From: the human T2T-CHM13v2.0 reference genome, Homo sapiens
Assembly: GCF_009914755.1 (NCBI RefSeq)
Contig: NC_060934.1
DNA length: 64,000 nt
Reading direction: 5' to 3' (one strand)
Below, in pieces: positions 35,763-48,775 of this stretch (its first letter is position 1; each line of letters opens with the position of its first letter). Both the position numbers and the translations under genes were made by a program. The notes below the pieces were generated by a model. That model searched no databases, was not told the DNA's origin, and saw only the letters and a list, made by a program, of their open reading frames with translations.

Positions 35763-38700
35763 CTCGGCTGTTTTCCTATTGTCATGGACTGTCTTATCTA
35801 TGGGCAGGTGCTGAGGAAGGACCCCCAGAGCTGCTGAAAAGCCTTAGACCGTCCTTTGTCTCCTCTTATGAGGAGCACAAGGCTGGGAGCTGCCATCTGT
35901 GGATGTGGCCCACGTGGGGTCTCCTGTGGCTGTGGGACTCTCCCACGGTGTCCGGCGGCCCTGTCTCCTGAGCGTCGGGTTTCGTCAGTTGGATTCAGAC
36001 CCGCGTTCCTCCTGAAAAGGATCGGAAAGCTGGGTTTTTAATTTTTCTGCCATCACGTTTCCCTGTCAATGCAAATCATTGGTTCAGCCAACAGTGATAT
36101 TGAACTCTGTTTACATTTAGGGCGAGGAGTTGCAGAGACTTTTCTCCCCGAAGGCGGAGTTCTGATTTCCAGAGCACTGTGCATGGTATGCTTCTGACTG
36201 AGGCCCTGAGTGTGCAGCAGGTCAGCGTGGCCCAGGCCTCAGTGAGGCCATGCCCGTCCACACGCTCAGAGCCCCCAGGGACCAACAGTGTCCTTAGGGG
36301 GACAGGAAGTCCCCAGGCCCCTCAGTGCCAGCTTGGATGCACCAGGGAAGACCCCCGGGGTAGTGAGGGGTCCTCAGAATCCTGATCTGGGCAAAGGTCT
36401 CTCCACCCACGAGTGTACAGAGGAGGGTCGGGGATCTTATCCCCTGAGGCGCCTCATGGGCTATGCCAGACAGAAGCTGTGGCCACACTCCGTGGCTTCT
36501 GCCTCAGGAACTTGCAAAGGGTGCACAGGCCTGGAATGGTTCAGAAACACCTCAGCCTGGGATTTCCGGCTTCCAGAACCTGCACCAACAGGCGTTAGGG
36601 GCTGCCTGGGGCTTCGCTCGCTGCTGTGCTGTGGTAGCCGGAGGGGCCCAGCATCGGAAGTTCCAGTAGGTGGGGCTCCACGTCAGGGTGTGTCCCCAGG
36701 CACCCCCATTCCTGCTAACATCGAAGCTCTCGGGAAGGGAGGTGGTGGGGGGCTCTCGGGGGTCCGGCTACAGTGAACAGTCTGTGTTCTATGGCCCGGC
36801 GCCCTCCTCACCCTGCAGGAGCCCCGGCCGTAAGCATCAGTGACCCCCTCACCCTGCAGGAGCCCCGGCCCCATGCCCACGCCAGCCCATGGAGGTAGCC
36901 CTGGCGTCCTCAGAGCCCCCCGGCCCTGTTCAGAGTCCCCTGGGCCTGTTCTCCCTCTTCTTGTTCACGTGCCCCTTGATGCGCAGTCCCGTGCTCACTG
37001 TGCCCGGTGCATTCACCAGGCTGGGGACACTCACTCAGGGCTGCGGCCTCACGACTTCGGTGCTCAGCCACGCAGCACCGTGCTCACAGACCCCACGCCG
37101 TGGACCCTGGCGGCCAGAGGCAGGGATGACCCACCCTGGGCGATAGCCACACCGTGCAGGAAGCCCGGTGCTCTGCTCTCTGAAGCTAAACGAATTCATG
37201 TCGGCCAAGAGCTCCAGCTACTCGTTCCCTCTGCTCACATGCCCAGCCTCTCTGCAGCACCTGCTGCTTCTAGGAGGTGGAGCAGCCCCAGCAGCCCCAG
37301 GCCCTCAAAGGCCTACGTGGTAAGGCACAGCCCGGGCCTGGCTGCAGCCCAGACAGGCGCAGGGCCAGCACCGAGGACTGGGGGTGCTGAGGACTTGAGG
37401 GGTGCTGGTGGTTGCTGGAGGCAGAGCCAGGGTCGAACGCTGTGCCGCACGCCTGCGAGGGGCGATGGTCCTTCTGGGCTCCAGAGCTCCCTGAGTGCTC
37501 CATGAGAGCTGTGGGCCCGCTGTGAGCAGAGCCCTCATTGCAAGAGGCCATCTGTGCCCCTGCACTTTGGTGCTGTCCAGGACTGCGTCCCCCACAGCTG
37601 TGAAAGCTCTGGGGTCACTGCAGAAGGTTGGAGGAATGCTGATCCGGGACAACTTCATTAAGGACGTGGCATCGGAGGGCCCCACACAGCAGAGCTGTCA
37701 TTCTGGCTCACCTGAGCGGGAGCTTTGCTGAGGACTCTCCTTTCCTCTGTGCCCATCTCTGGTACGGGGTGACTGTGGCGCAGCGTGTGCTTCCTCATGA
37801 CGCCCGGGCCCCTCTCTCCCATGGCCCAGGTCAAGGCAGGAGGACGCTCGGTTTCCCATCTGCACAGCTGGGCCTGTCCTTCCTGGGCGGTCCTTTGTCC
37901 ACTGTCTTCCTGAGGGGAGTTTGAGGAGAAGCCCCAGGTCTAACTCTGTGGCAGACAGGCCCACCGCCCTGCATCTCGGGACACAGCAGGCAGTGTTTCC
38001 ACTGTAAACGCGGGGAGAGGGACCCACTTTCAGAGAAAGAATTTGGCATCTGGTGAGAGCATCTCGTTTCCAGGGGGAATTTCAGAAAGAGTTTGCATCC
38101 GCATAATATAAATACACACTTGGCAAAAGCAAAACACAAAGCCAGGCTCTTTGGATTCTTAGACTAAAAATGTGCTGGGACCGCCAGGCTTCGTGCCACG
38201 TCTGGTTCGACCTCGACTCCCTGGTGTGCTCTGCAGAGGTCATGGCGTCTTCGGGTGCCACATGCCCGTCTCTGGGTGGCACGGGCCCCTGAGACTTCTA
38301 TGAACTTGCATCTCCAGCTTTTCAAGTTTTACTGGAGTGTCATTGAGGCAGTAACTTGATGTGAGAAAGAAAGCAAATGCCTAGATTGTCTGGAGACCAC
38401 ACGCTGGGAACAGGAAAGGCACTGCAGTGCACTGTGGGGGCATGTGTTCATTTGACAGCACTCTGGGTGCCTGCTCTGAGCCAGGCCCTGCTCTGGGTTA
38501 ACAAGACAGACAGACACATCCCTGCCATGGAGCTCTGGGGGTGGCAGGGGACAGCATGGTGGGGAGGAGCCTGGGAATAGTGTGCTCAGCAGGTGAGCAG
38601 CACCTGTGGGGGAGGAGCCTGGGGGTGCCACGAGGAAGCTTGCTGAGGATGGCATGGCTGGTGGGGGACAGCACGGTGGGGCGGAGCCTGGGGGTGCCAT

Positions 38701-38989
38701 GCGGAGGCTTGCTGAGAAGAGCCATAAACAGTCACCCTGGGTGACTCCAAGCTGTGGGAGGCCAGTGCGGTGCAGGGACCCAGTCGGTCACTTTGGAGGG
38801 CAGGTCCACATTCATTGTCACAACTAAAAAAATTCCCAAAAATCAAGACCCACCAAAGACGATCTTACAGTTGCAAACTGTGAACCACGTAAGGACACAT
38901 TCCACAGATAGCAAGAGTCCAGAAATACAACAAAGGCAGGACAGACCGTCAATAATGCCAAATCATCGAATAATTGATACAAATTATAA

Positions 38990-39760
38990 TATTGTAAATT
39001 ATTAAAAGCATGACAGAATTAGAAACATAAGTACCACACTATGAAAAAAATCCCAACAGATAAAAAAAAGTAGGACTCATAGAAGTATTATCATTAAAAT
39101 TAAAAGCTCCAGGGATGAATTAAGTGCCGGAGTAGACACAGCTGGAGAAGGGATTGAGGAATGGGATGGCAGGCCTGGGGAATGGCCCAGAATGCAGCAC
39201 AGAAACGTGGCAGGATGGGACAGGAGGGTCGGGGCTGGGAGAGGAGGGAAGAGCCCAGCGCTTGCGCAGTGAGGGTCCACGAGGGGCACACTGGAGAGTC
39301 AATGGCTGGGCGTTTTCCAGAATTATCCAAGACATAAACCTCAGGAAGCATGGTGAGTCCTGAGCAGGAGGAATGGAAGTAAATCCACACACAGACATGT
39401 CAGAGTGAAACAGCGGAACATCAAAGATGAAGAGAATATTTTTGAAGCATTGTGGGAAAAATGTCCTATTACATAAGAATGCAAGTGGCGGCGGGTTTCC
39501 AGAACAACCACAAAAATACACACCAGGAGAAGTGGAGGCGTTCAGTCAAAGAGCTGGTGGAAAACCCCACCCACACACTTAGAGTTCTCTCAGCAGCCAA
39601 GTCAGCCTTCAGAACACTGGCCACCATAAAGACAGTACCTGGCGATGGAGAGACACAGCCCCACCAGCAGGTCCCACAGAGAACCAGGAGTAGCTGAGCT
39701 TCTGGAGCAGGGTGGGATGAAGAAGGAAGAAGAACATTTGTGTAAAGCTTAAAAACATGT
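38990..39760 (+). mobile_element. Ancient L1 ORF1-region fragment
   Basis: A-rich; aaaattaaaagctcc...gagtagacacagctggagaagggatt and aatggctgggcgttttccagaatt resemble L1 ORF1 blocks. Confidence 0.6.
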
Positions 39761-39821
39761 AGGCTGAGGCGAGCTGCTTTTTGTGGACTCATGCATGGCG
39801 GTAATATAGAAACATACTTGG

Positions 39822-40239
<418 letters not shown>

Positions 40240-40574
40240 TCAGGGAACCTGCCATCAGCATTTTGGTGAAAGCCACAGGATGGCAGTGGCTCCTTTCTGA
40301 GTCTCAGCAGATCTCATAGATGCTCCTGGGCAGGCCTTAGGGAAATCTGGGCTCCTAGTCTCATAGCTGGTGCCTGCAGAGCCAAGAACCGCATGGCACC
40401 TAGCGCTGGCAGCCTCCCTGCTGCCTCCTCACCTCCACACCTGAGAAGCCAGCAGGGCCCACGCTGGACTGGGGACCCTGCTGCATCTCTGATGTGGGGA
40501 AGCCTCAAACTCAAGCTCCAGAATGACCTAGAGATGATGCGTGTTTATAGGCCTGTGTGTGAATGTATCTGAGT

Positions 40575-41010
40575 AAATGCCTGCATGCAAAGACACACAT
40601 GCCTGCATACACATAAACACGTGCCTGCATGCACACACACATAAACATGTGCCTGCATGCAAACACACACATGCCTGTGCACACATAAACATGCCTGCAT
40701 GCAAACACACACATGCCTGTGCACACATAAACATGCCTGCATGCACACACACATGCCTGTGCACACATAAACACGTGCCTGCATGCAAACACACACATGC
40801 CTGTGTATGCATAAACATGTGCCTGCATGCACACACATGCCTGCATACAAACACACATGCCGTTGCACACATAAACACATGCCTGCATGCAAACACACAT
40901 GCCTGTACACGCATAAACACATCTGCATGCAAACACACACATGCCTGTGCATGCATAAACGTGCCTGCATGCAAACACATGCCTGTGTACACATAAACAC
41001 GCATGTGCAG
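40575..41010. repeat. (CA)-rich repeat, about 42-bp unit atgcctgcatgcaaacacacacatgcctgtgcacacataaac
   Basis: Direct inspection. Confidence 0.92.
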
Positions 41011-41424
41011 AATTGCTCCAGAGCCCATGCCCCTACTCTGCCTTTGAGGAGGGGCATCCGTCTCCCGAGGCCTCCGCTGCATCCCCACCCCATTTAGGAG
41101 CTGACTTGGGGCCCTTCCCAGAGGCTGTGGGTGCTGGAGGGAGGGAGTTGCTCCCTGGAAGGGGAACTGGAGCTGTACCCTCTTAGGAGGCAGGAGGCAG
41201 TGGGGCTGTGAACGCCTGTGCTCCAGGCAGGAGGCCTGGGCCGGTGGCTCAGGTAGCAGCCTGGCACAGGGTAATGACTGTGTGCATGAGGCTGCTGATT
41301 GCCCATTTCAGGGATAATGGACGAGGTCACAGGAAGAGCTGGGATATGGTGTGGTTTTGAGGGAGCTCTAGCTCAATGCCATGCCCTGCACAGCTGTGGG
41401 GCCATGACTAATGAATAGCACCAG

Positions 41425-42305
41425 AGAGGGTGTGCATGGTGACCGCACAGGAACATGGCCGGGCCAGTCCTGCAGGGTTGAGAGGGTGTGTGTGGTGACA
41501 CTCAGGAACACGGTCGGGTCAGTCCTGCTGCGGTGGGAGGGTGTGCGTGGTGACACTCAGAAACACGGTCGGGTCAGTCCTGCAGGGGTGGGAGGGTGTG
41601 TGTGGTGACTGACACTCAGGAACACGGTCGGGCCAGTCCTGCAGGGGTGGGAGGGTGTGCATGGTGACAGGAACACGGCCGGGCCAGTCCTGCAGGGGTG
41701 GGAGGGTGTGCGTGGTTACACTCAGGAACACGGGCCAGTCCTGCAGGGGTGGGAGGGTGTGCGTGGTGACACTCAGAAACACGGCCGGGTCAGTCCTGCT
41801 GTGGTGGGAGGGTGTGTGTGGTGACACTCAGGAACACGGTCGGGCCAGTCCTGCTGCGGTGGGAGGGTGTGCGTGGTGACACTCAGAAACACGGTCGGGC
41901 CAGTCCTGCAGGGTTGAGAGGGTGTGTGTGGTGACACTCAGAAACACGGCCGGGTCAGTCCTGCTGTGGTGGGAGGGTGTGCGTGGTGACACTCAGGAAC
42001 ACGGTCGGGCCAGTCCTGCAGGGGTGGGAGGGTGTGCGTGGTGACACTCAGGAACACGGTCGGGTCAGTCCTGCTGCGGTGGGAGGGTGTGCGTGGTGAC
42101 ACTCAGGAACACGGCCGGGCCAGTCCTGCAGGGGTGGGAGGGTGTGCGTGGTGACACTCAGAAACACGACCGGGTCAGTCCTGCTGCGGTGGGAGGGTGT
42201 GCGTGGTGACACTCAGGAACATGGTCGGGCCAGTCCTGCAGGGGTGGGAGGGTGTGTGTGGTGACCGCTCAGAAACACGGTGGGCCAGTCCTGCAGGTGT
42301 GGGAG
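41425..42305. repeat. Minisatellite, 55-bp unit x about 16
   Basis: cagtcctgcaggggtgggagggtgtgcgtggtgacactcaggaacacggtcgggc; period 55. Confidence 0.97.
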
Positions 42306-42872
42306 GTGATGCCCGCCTGGGGCTTGTTTTGGAAGAGTCTCAGGGGGCAAGGCCATTTGCTGCCTCCCGTGCATGTGAGAATGAACATTTTGCCCCCGAA
42401 CTGCTGCCAGAATCTCACCAGTGTGCACCTTGGGGCCATTTTCCCTGACCTGTTCTCACAAAGCTGACATTGCTCACTCTGCAGGTTACTTGACACTCTG
42501 GGCAGGACAGGAGCTGTGTTCCCTCTGCTGGGGGAGCCAGCACTAGGGAGGAGAGGCCGAGAGGGGCTGCTACTGGGGCTGCCACGGCAGTGCCCGAGGC
42601 CATGAGTGCTTCTCTGGCGTCCCCAACAGAGAAAGCTTTCTGGGTGGGCAGAGCACATCTATAACGGGCAGGGCAGGTCCCACTGTCTGCAGCAGAGGCA
42701 GGCGAACACCAGAGCCTGCTGGCACCACAGAGCTTTCTGGTGACAGATGTGGCGGCTCTGGGAAGAGCAGATGTCACACCGAGCATTTGAGCGTCCCAGC
42801 TGCACACAGACACACGTGCCCCCAGCGAGGAAAACCAATGTGACTTTATTTTCTGCTCTTTCTTTTCTTTAG

Positions 42873-42946
42873 CTCTTGGAGTTTGACAAGGAGTTGTCTG
42901 TCTTTAAGGACAGACTGTATGAACTGGACATCTCGTTCCCTCCCAG
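42873..42946 (+). CDS. INPP5A: INPP5A coding exon (exon 12, 74 nt): LLEFDKELSVFKDRLYELDISFPP(S)
   Basis: Strong pyrimidine acceptor ttctttctttag-type ending at 42872 and donor CAG|gtatgg; phase 0-2; starts the FPPSY motif. Confidence 0.96.
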
Positions 42947-43014
42947 GTATGGAACATGCTGTTTGCTGGATGAACCCGGCCGGGAAGGTGGCGTCTCCAC
43001 CCTCCCAGTCTCTG

Positions 43015-43840
43015 GTGCATCTGCGTGTCTGTGTGTGCCAGTTTGTGCTGGGCATGAGTGTGTGCATTCTGTGTGCATCCAGAGTGTGTGTACCATACCT
43101 GTGTGTACACGTGTGTGTTGTGCATCTGTGTGCACAGGTGCGTCTGTGTGTGAACGTATGCGTCTGTGTGTGTGCACATGTGCACGAGTGTGTGTGCACG
43201 AGTGCATCTGTGTGTGCACCTGTGCATCTGTGTGTGCACGTGTGCATCTGTGTGTGCACGTGTGTGTTCTTGTGTGCATAGTGTTTTTGTGTGTGCACAT
43301 GTATCTGTGTGTCCTGCACTTGTGTGCAAACTGCACCTTCTCCTGCCCTTTTCATGACATGAAAAAAGCAGCTGAGAGTAATAAGTAATTCTGTTATCTT
43401 TTTCCAAAAAAGGTTTTTTCCAATATGCAAAATACTTTCTTATCAGACTTGCTCACGAGGGACCTACGGGGACTGTGTGTTATGGATCTTTCTGGCAATA
43501 TCGGGGCCTCCAAATGCAGTGTGTCTATGTGGGTGTGGATGTGTTTAAGGCATGCGTGTGTGTGCCTGGGTTTGAATGTGCAGATGTTGCGTGGGTGTCC
43601 GTGTGTGTGCAGACCTGGTGCAGATGTGCGTGGGGCGTGCGTCACACAGTTGTGGATGTGTGTGCATAAGGTGTGCTCGCGTACATGGTTGCATATGTGA
43701 GCATGAGTGAGAGCATGAGTGAGAACATGTGTGACGTGTGTAGGGCTCATGCATGTGGCTGTGCTCCACGGATGTGTGTGCACATGTGTGTGTGTTCACG
43801 CGTGGAGATGTGTGCCTGGGTGTGGATGTTTGTGTGCATT
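43015..43840. repeat. Two (TG)-rich tracts (43015-43330 and 43520-43840)
   Basis: Degenerate TG/TGCA repeats just downstream of exon 12. Confidence 0.88.
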
Positions 43841-43940
43841 TTTATGCAGATTTGCCAGCACAGAGCAGTTCTCACTGTTGGAAGCCGCAGGGGACTTCCA
43901 CTGGCAGATGTGGACTTTGCCTGTCAGCTGGGAGCAAGAT

Positions 43941-44461
43941 TGGGAGCCGGAGGTGCGGCCTCAGGGAGCCTGGGTGGGAGCTGGAGGATGCGGCCTCAGG
44001 GAGCTTGGGTGGGCTTGGGTGGGAGCCGGAGGTGCGGCCTCAGGGAGCTTGGGTGGGAGTTGGAGGATGTGGCCTCGGAGCTTGGGTGGGAGCTGGAGGA
44101 TGCGGCCTCGGAGCTTGGGTGGGAGCTGGAGGATGCGGCCTTGGAGCTTGGGTGGGAGACAGAGGATGCGGCCTCAGGGAGCTTGGGTGGGAGCTGGAGG
44201 ATGCGGCCTCGGAGCTTGGGTGGGAGCTGGAGGATGCGGCCTCAGGGAGCTTGGGTGGGAGCCGGAGGATGCGGCTTCAGGGAGCTTGGGTGGGAGCTGG
44301 AGGATGCGGCCTCGGAGCTTGGGTGGGAGCTGGAGGATGCGGCCTCAGGGAGCTTGGGTGGGAGCCGGAGGATGCGGCTTCAGGGAGCTTGGGTGGGAGC
44401 TGGAGGATGCGGCCTCGGAGCTTGGGTGGGAGCTGGAGGATGCGGCCTCAGGGAGCTTGGG
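43941..44461. repeat. Minisatellite, 33/35-bp unit GGGAGCTGGAGGATGCGGCCTC(AG)GGAGCTTGGGT x about 15
   Basis: Direct inspection. Confidence 0.96.
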
Positions 44462-44790
44462 GACACAGGCTTTCCTGAAGCCAGAGGCAGTGCTGAGGTC
44501 TGAGCCTTGAAAGTGACGGAGCACTTTGGTGTCCAGGGGAAGTTTTTGGACAGGTTGGAGGAGCCTCCAGAAGGCAGTGGTGGCCCAGGCCTCTCGTCCT
44601 CCTCACGAGCTTCTTCCTGTTCTGCAAAGACACCGAGGCTCCCTGCCAGGCATGCCAGCCTTATCCTGTGGGAGGTGCAGGAAGCCTCAGGGGATCTCGG
44701 GCTCACACCCCTCTTCCTGGAGGGCTCCCCCATCCCGCTTGGATCTGAAGTCTGACTGCTAGACACACGGGCCCCCAGAGAGCCCCTCGC

Positions 44791-45608
44791 GCCCAGTGGC
44801 ATTCCAGAAAGATCCATGGACCCCGACCCTCAGCGTTCCCAGGGTGCCCATGCGCCCAGTGGCATTCCAGAAAGATCCGTGGACCCCGACCCTCTGCATT
44901 CCCAGGGTGCCCACGCGCCCAGTGGCATTCCAGAAAGATCTGTGGACCCCGACCCTCAACGTTCCCAGGGTGCCCACGCTGGCCCAGTGGCATTCCAGAA
45001 AGATCCGTGGACCCCAACCCTCAGCATTCCCAGGGTGCCCACGCACCCAATGGCATTCCAGAAAGATCCATGGACCCCAACCCTCGGCATTCCCAGGGTG
45101 CCCACGCGCCCAGTGGCATTCCAGAAAGATCCATGGATCCCTGACCCTCAGTGTTCCCAGGGTGCCCACGTGCCCAGTGGCATTCCAGAAAGATCCGTGG
45201 ACCCTGACCCTCAGCGTTCCCAGGGTGCCCACGCACCCAATGGCATTCCAGAAAGATCCATGGACCCCGACCCTCGGCATTCCCAGGGTGCCCACGTGCC
45301 CATTGGCATTCCAGAAAGATCCATGGATCCCTGACCCTCAGCGTTCCCAGGGTGCCCATGTGCCCAGTGGCATTCCAGAAAGATCTGTGGACCCCGACCC
45401 TCAGCGTTCCCAGGGTGCCCACGCGCCCAGTGGCATTCCAGAAAGATCCGTGGACCCCGACCCTCAGCGTTCCCAGGGTGCCCACGCGCCCAGTTGCATT
45501 CCAGAAAGATCCATGGACCCCGACCCTCAGCGTTCCCAGGTGCTCACGCGCCCAGTGGCATTCCAGAAAGATCCATGGACCCCGACCCTCAGTGTTCCCA
45601 GGTGCTCA
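44791..45608. repeat. Minisatellite, 63-bp unit x13
   Basis: gcccagtggcattccagaaagatccgtggaccccgaccctcagcgttcccagggtgcccacgc repeated. Confidence 0.97.
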
Positions 45609-47769
45609 CACAGGCCTGGCTTCCTCTTCGGCATTTGGCTGGGTGAGATCAGCTTCCGCTTTCCCGCTGCGTCTGCCCTGGCGGGGGGTCCCGAGTGCCT
45701 CTGCGTGCCAGGCTCGTCCACCTGCCGCCTCACACTCTTCCCCGTGCAGCTCTGCCCCTGTCAGGACACGTTGGCCTTCCTGTGCTTTCCTGAAGGCTGC
45801 CAGGGCTCTGAGGCCGTGGGAAGGCGTCCTTGCCACGGCCTGGCCCCTGAGGCCTGTGTCTGACCCAGCTCCTCAGAAGCTGGGAGCCGAGCCGCCATCT
45901 GTACCTGCTGGTCTGGCAGCGTCTCCTTCCTGCGGTGACTCCCGGTTTTCAGAATCGTTTCATGGTTTTTGCTGTTGTTGTTTGAGTGAACGCATTGCAA
46001 ACCGGCCGAGCAGCCAAGTACATCTTCCCATCACTGCCACAGTCCCCGCCCTGGTTTTGGGCAGAGGTGAGCTCACCACCTTGGAGTGGTTCAAGGCACC
46101 TTATCAGCATTGGTGGGCAGGACCCTCCCGCGGGCAGTAGACCCTCCATGGGGAGAGCCCGCACCTGCTGACCCTGAGAGGAGACGGCATTCCTAGCGCA
46201 GAGCTCCGGATACAGCCGCACCCGGGGCGTTGGTGCGTACACTGGCAGAGTGACGCCAGGAAATGTGTCATTGGCGGATGGTTCTGAAGACCAGCGGGGT
46301 CTTCTCCTGCAAAGGTGTTTGCCACTGATCCCATGGATGAATAGAACTCTGCTCTGAATGAATTGTAACTGAATGCTGTCTGTCATTTTGCCAGAAAAGG
46401 TGCTAATATTTCAGACATTTATACAACCCTCAATTTTTGTCCTTAACTAAAAGCACGGTTCTTCCTAGCGCCTTCTTTAGGGACAGCCACAAAAGTGACC
46501 TGTTTGAGGCGGTCAGGAGCAGGAGAGTGAGCAGGCGGGAAGGAGGCTGGCCAGACCTTGGGCTGCCTCTGCCTCTGCATAAGGAACTCTCCCGGGCGGG
46601 ACCCTGAGCTGTAAGATGGTGCCTTCGGGCCAGGACAGCACCCAGGATACAGCCTCCCGAAGGCCTTTCATGCCATGTGCTATTTCCATCGGGTGTGACG
46701 TGTTAAAGCTCTACACGTGTGCTTAGAGTTACTGGGGGATGAGGGACCCATGGTGGCAGGGATGAGTCTTGCCCACTCTGGTCTCTGGAAACCAGGCGGC
46801 TATGAGTGGATGCGGGGTCAGGTGGCGTCAGCCCTTAGTGGTGAGCAGAGGCGGCGATGGGCTTTCTTCACCCAGCATTGGTCTGCCCGGCTCCCCAGAC
46901 GCCAAGGCCCTCAGGGCAGGATTGTGGTGTGCGCCTCAACAGCAGCCCTGCAGCCCCCACCCCGTAGCTCCCCCCACCCCGAAGTTCCTGATACGTGTGG
47001 CTCCCGGTACAGCCCAGGCTCAGGTGGCGGCGATTTGGACACCCCAGTGGTAGCATGGAGCTGCTGCCTTTTTGCGCATCCTAGCTAGAAGTGAATTTCT
47101 AATTTTTAGTTTAACTTTGAGAATTAACCGCCATTAACTCTAAGATAAAGAGATTTAAGATGGCTCCTCGGTGGCCGCTCCACTGGTGTGACAGCCCGAC
47201 ATTTCTAGGCGTTAGCATTTCTCACGAAACCCCATGTAGAACAGGGCTGGCGAGGGCGGCGCCTCTGGAACCAGAGTCCCACCTCTGCCCTGACACTGCA
47301 GAGTTGGGCACATTGCTCACCCCTCGTGGCCTCAGCGTCCCCCTCAGGATGCTATCGTCTCCTCTGGGCAGGCTGAGCCTTCAGGCCCAGGCCTGCCCGA
47401 CGGTACCCACCCCCAGGTCAGCCTCTCCGCAGCCAGAGAGCCGAACGCTCCCAAGTCACCGCAGTGTCGCCGGCCATCGGGTGGCTCCTGTTGCAGCTTC
47501 CGGAATGTGGGGGGCACTGCGTTTCCTCGCGGAGGCCGTGGTGCTGTGCATAGTCAGCCGGGGTTTGGCTCTCCCTCTTTGTCTGTGTGGACGCTGAGCG
47601 TATGGAGGATGGGAACTGTCACGTCCATTGCCTGGGGGCTCCCTGTGTCTGTGGACTCCTTACATAGTGAAGAGACTGCATCATTCATTTATTAAGAAGA
47701 AAGCCACATGCCACCATCGAAATGGCCCCGCAGAGCCTCGCTGGCCGCCCCGGTGGCCTGGCCACTTCC

Positions 47770-48345
47770 CTCTTCCAGCTACTGAGGACCCTGGAGCTTT
47801 TGTCTATGTGGGTTCCATCTGTTGGTCATGGCCATCAGTTTTTAAATATTTATTAGTCCGTTTTAAAAATAACACAATTACATGTTTACATAAGTAAGTA
47901 ACATTTTTGTGAAAAAAGTACCCATGCACGGGGAGGTCTCCTTCCGCCAGGGCGTGATCTGGGAGCCGCACACACAGGTCCCGGGAAATCCCAGCCACCC
48001 AGGGTGTGGGAGTCTCGACGCGGCACGTCTGGCACCCAGTGCGAGCAGCACCTTCCTCAGAATATGGCAGAGCTCAAGGGAGGGGTCTCTGTGGTGGGGA
48101 CGCCGCCAGCCTCTGGGAGGAATACGTTTTCCAACACCCTCGGGTCTCCTTGAAAGCTTAAATTTTGTCATTGGCAACAAATAGCATCCGCTGCTGCTGG
48201 AAGAGGCAGGCTCGTCCGCCCTTCTGGAGAAAATGCCTGTTAGCCACTGAGGTCTAAGTTACCACAGTCTGTCTGTCAATCTTTCTGGCAAAATATGGTG
48301 TCCGTGAAAACGAGCAGCTGCTTTAGCTGACGACTCAGATGCAGG
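47770..48345 (+). mobile_element. hAT-Charlie-type DNA transposon fossil
   Basis: tgaggaccc...gagcttttgtctatgtgggtt, aattacatgtttacataa and tcattggcaacaaata resemble Charlie-family consensus as I recall it; subfamily uncertain. Confidence 0.5.
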
Positions 48346-48775
48346 CACGCTCCCCTGAGAGATGAGGGCCATGTCATCCCTCTGGGCAGAGGACTCCCTG
48401 GAGGCCTCATCTCATCCCACCCAGCCCAAGACCCCATCTCCCAGGCCTGGGGTTCAACACAAGGAATCATTTCTCCTGCTTCCCTCGTAAGTGAAGGTAG
48501 CTTTTTGTTTAGTGCTGAGGGATTGACCCTGGGAGAGACCCTGCCCAGCACGGCCCGGCCTCTGCCTGGTTCCCACGCCGGCGCCGGCAGTTTTACCACC
48601 TTGGGCAGCTTTTGCCACATCCGTGCAATGCCAGCTCCATGAAATCAGTGAATATCACCTTAGTGTGCTCGTCAATGTAGATCTCCCCTCTCAGACTGCC
48701 GCAGGGGTCCCAGAGACCCACAGGGGGCCACACGCCAACTCCAGAACTGCCCAAAACTTGGAAGTATCCCCAGTG

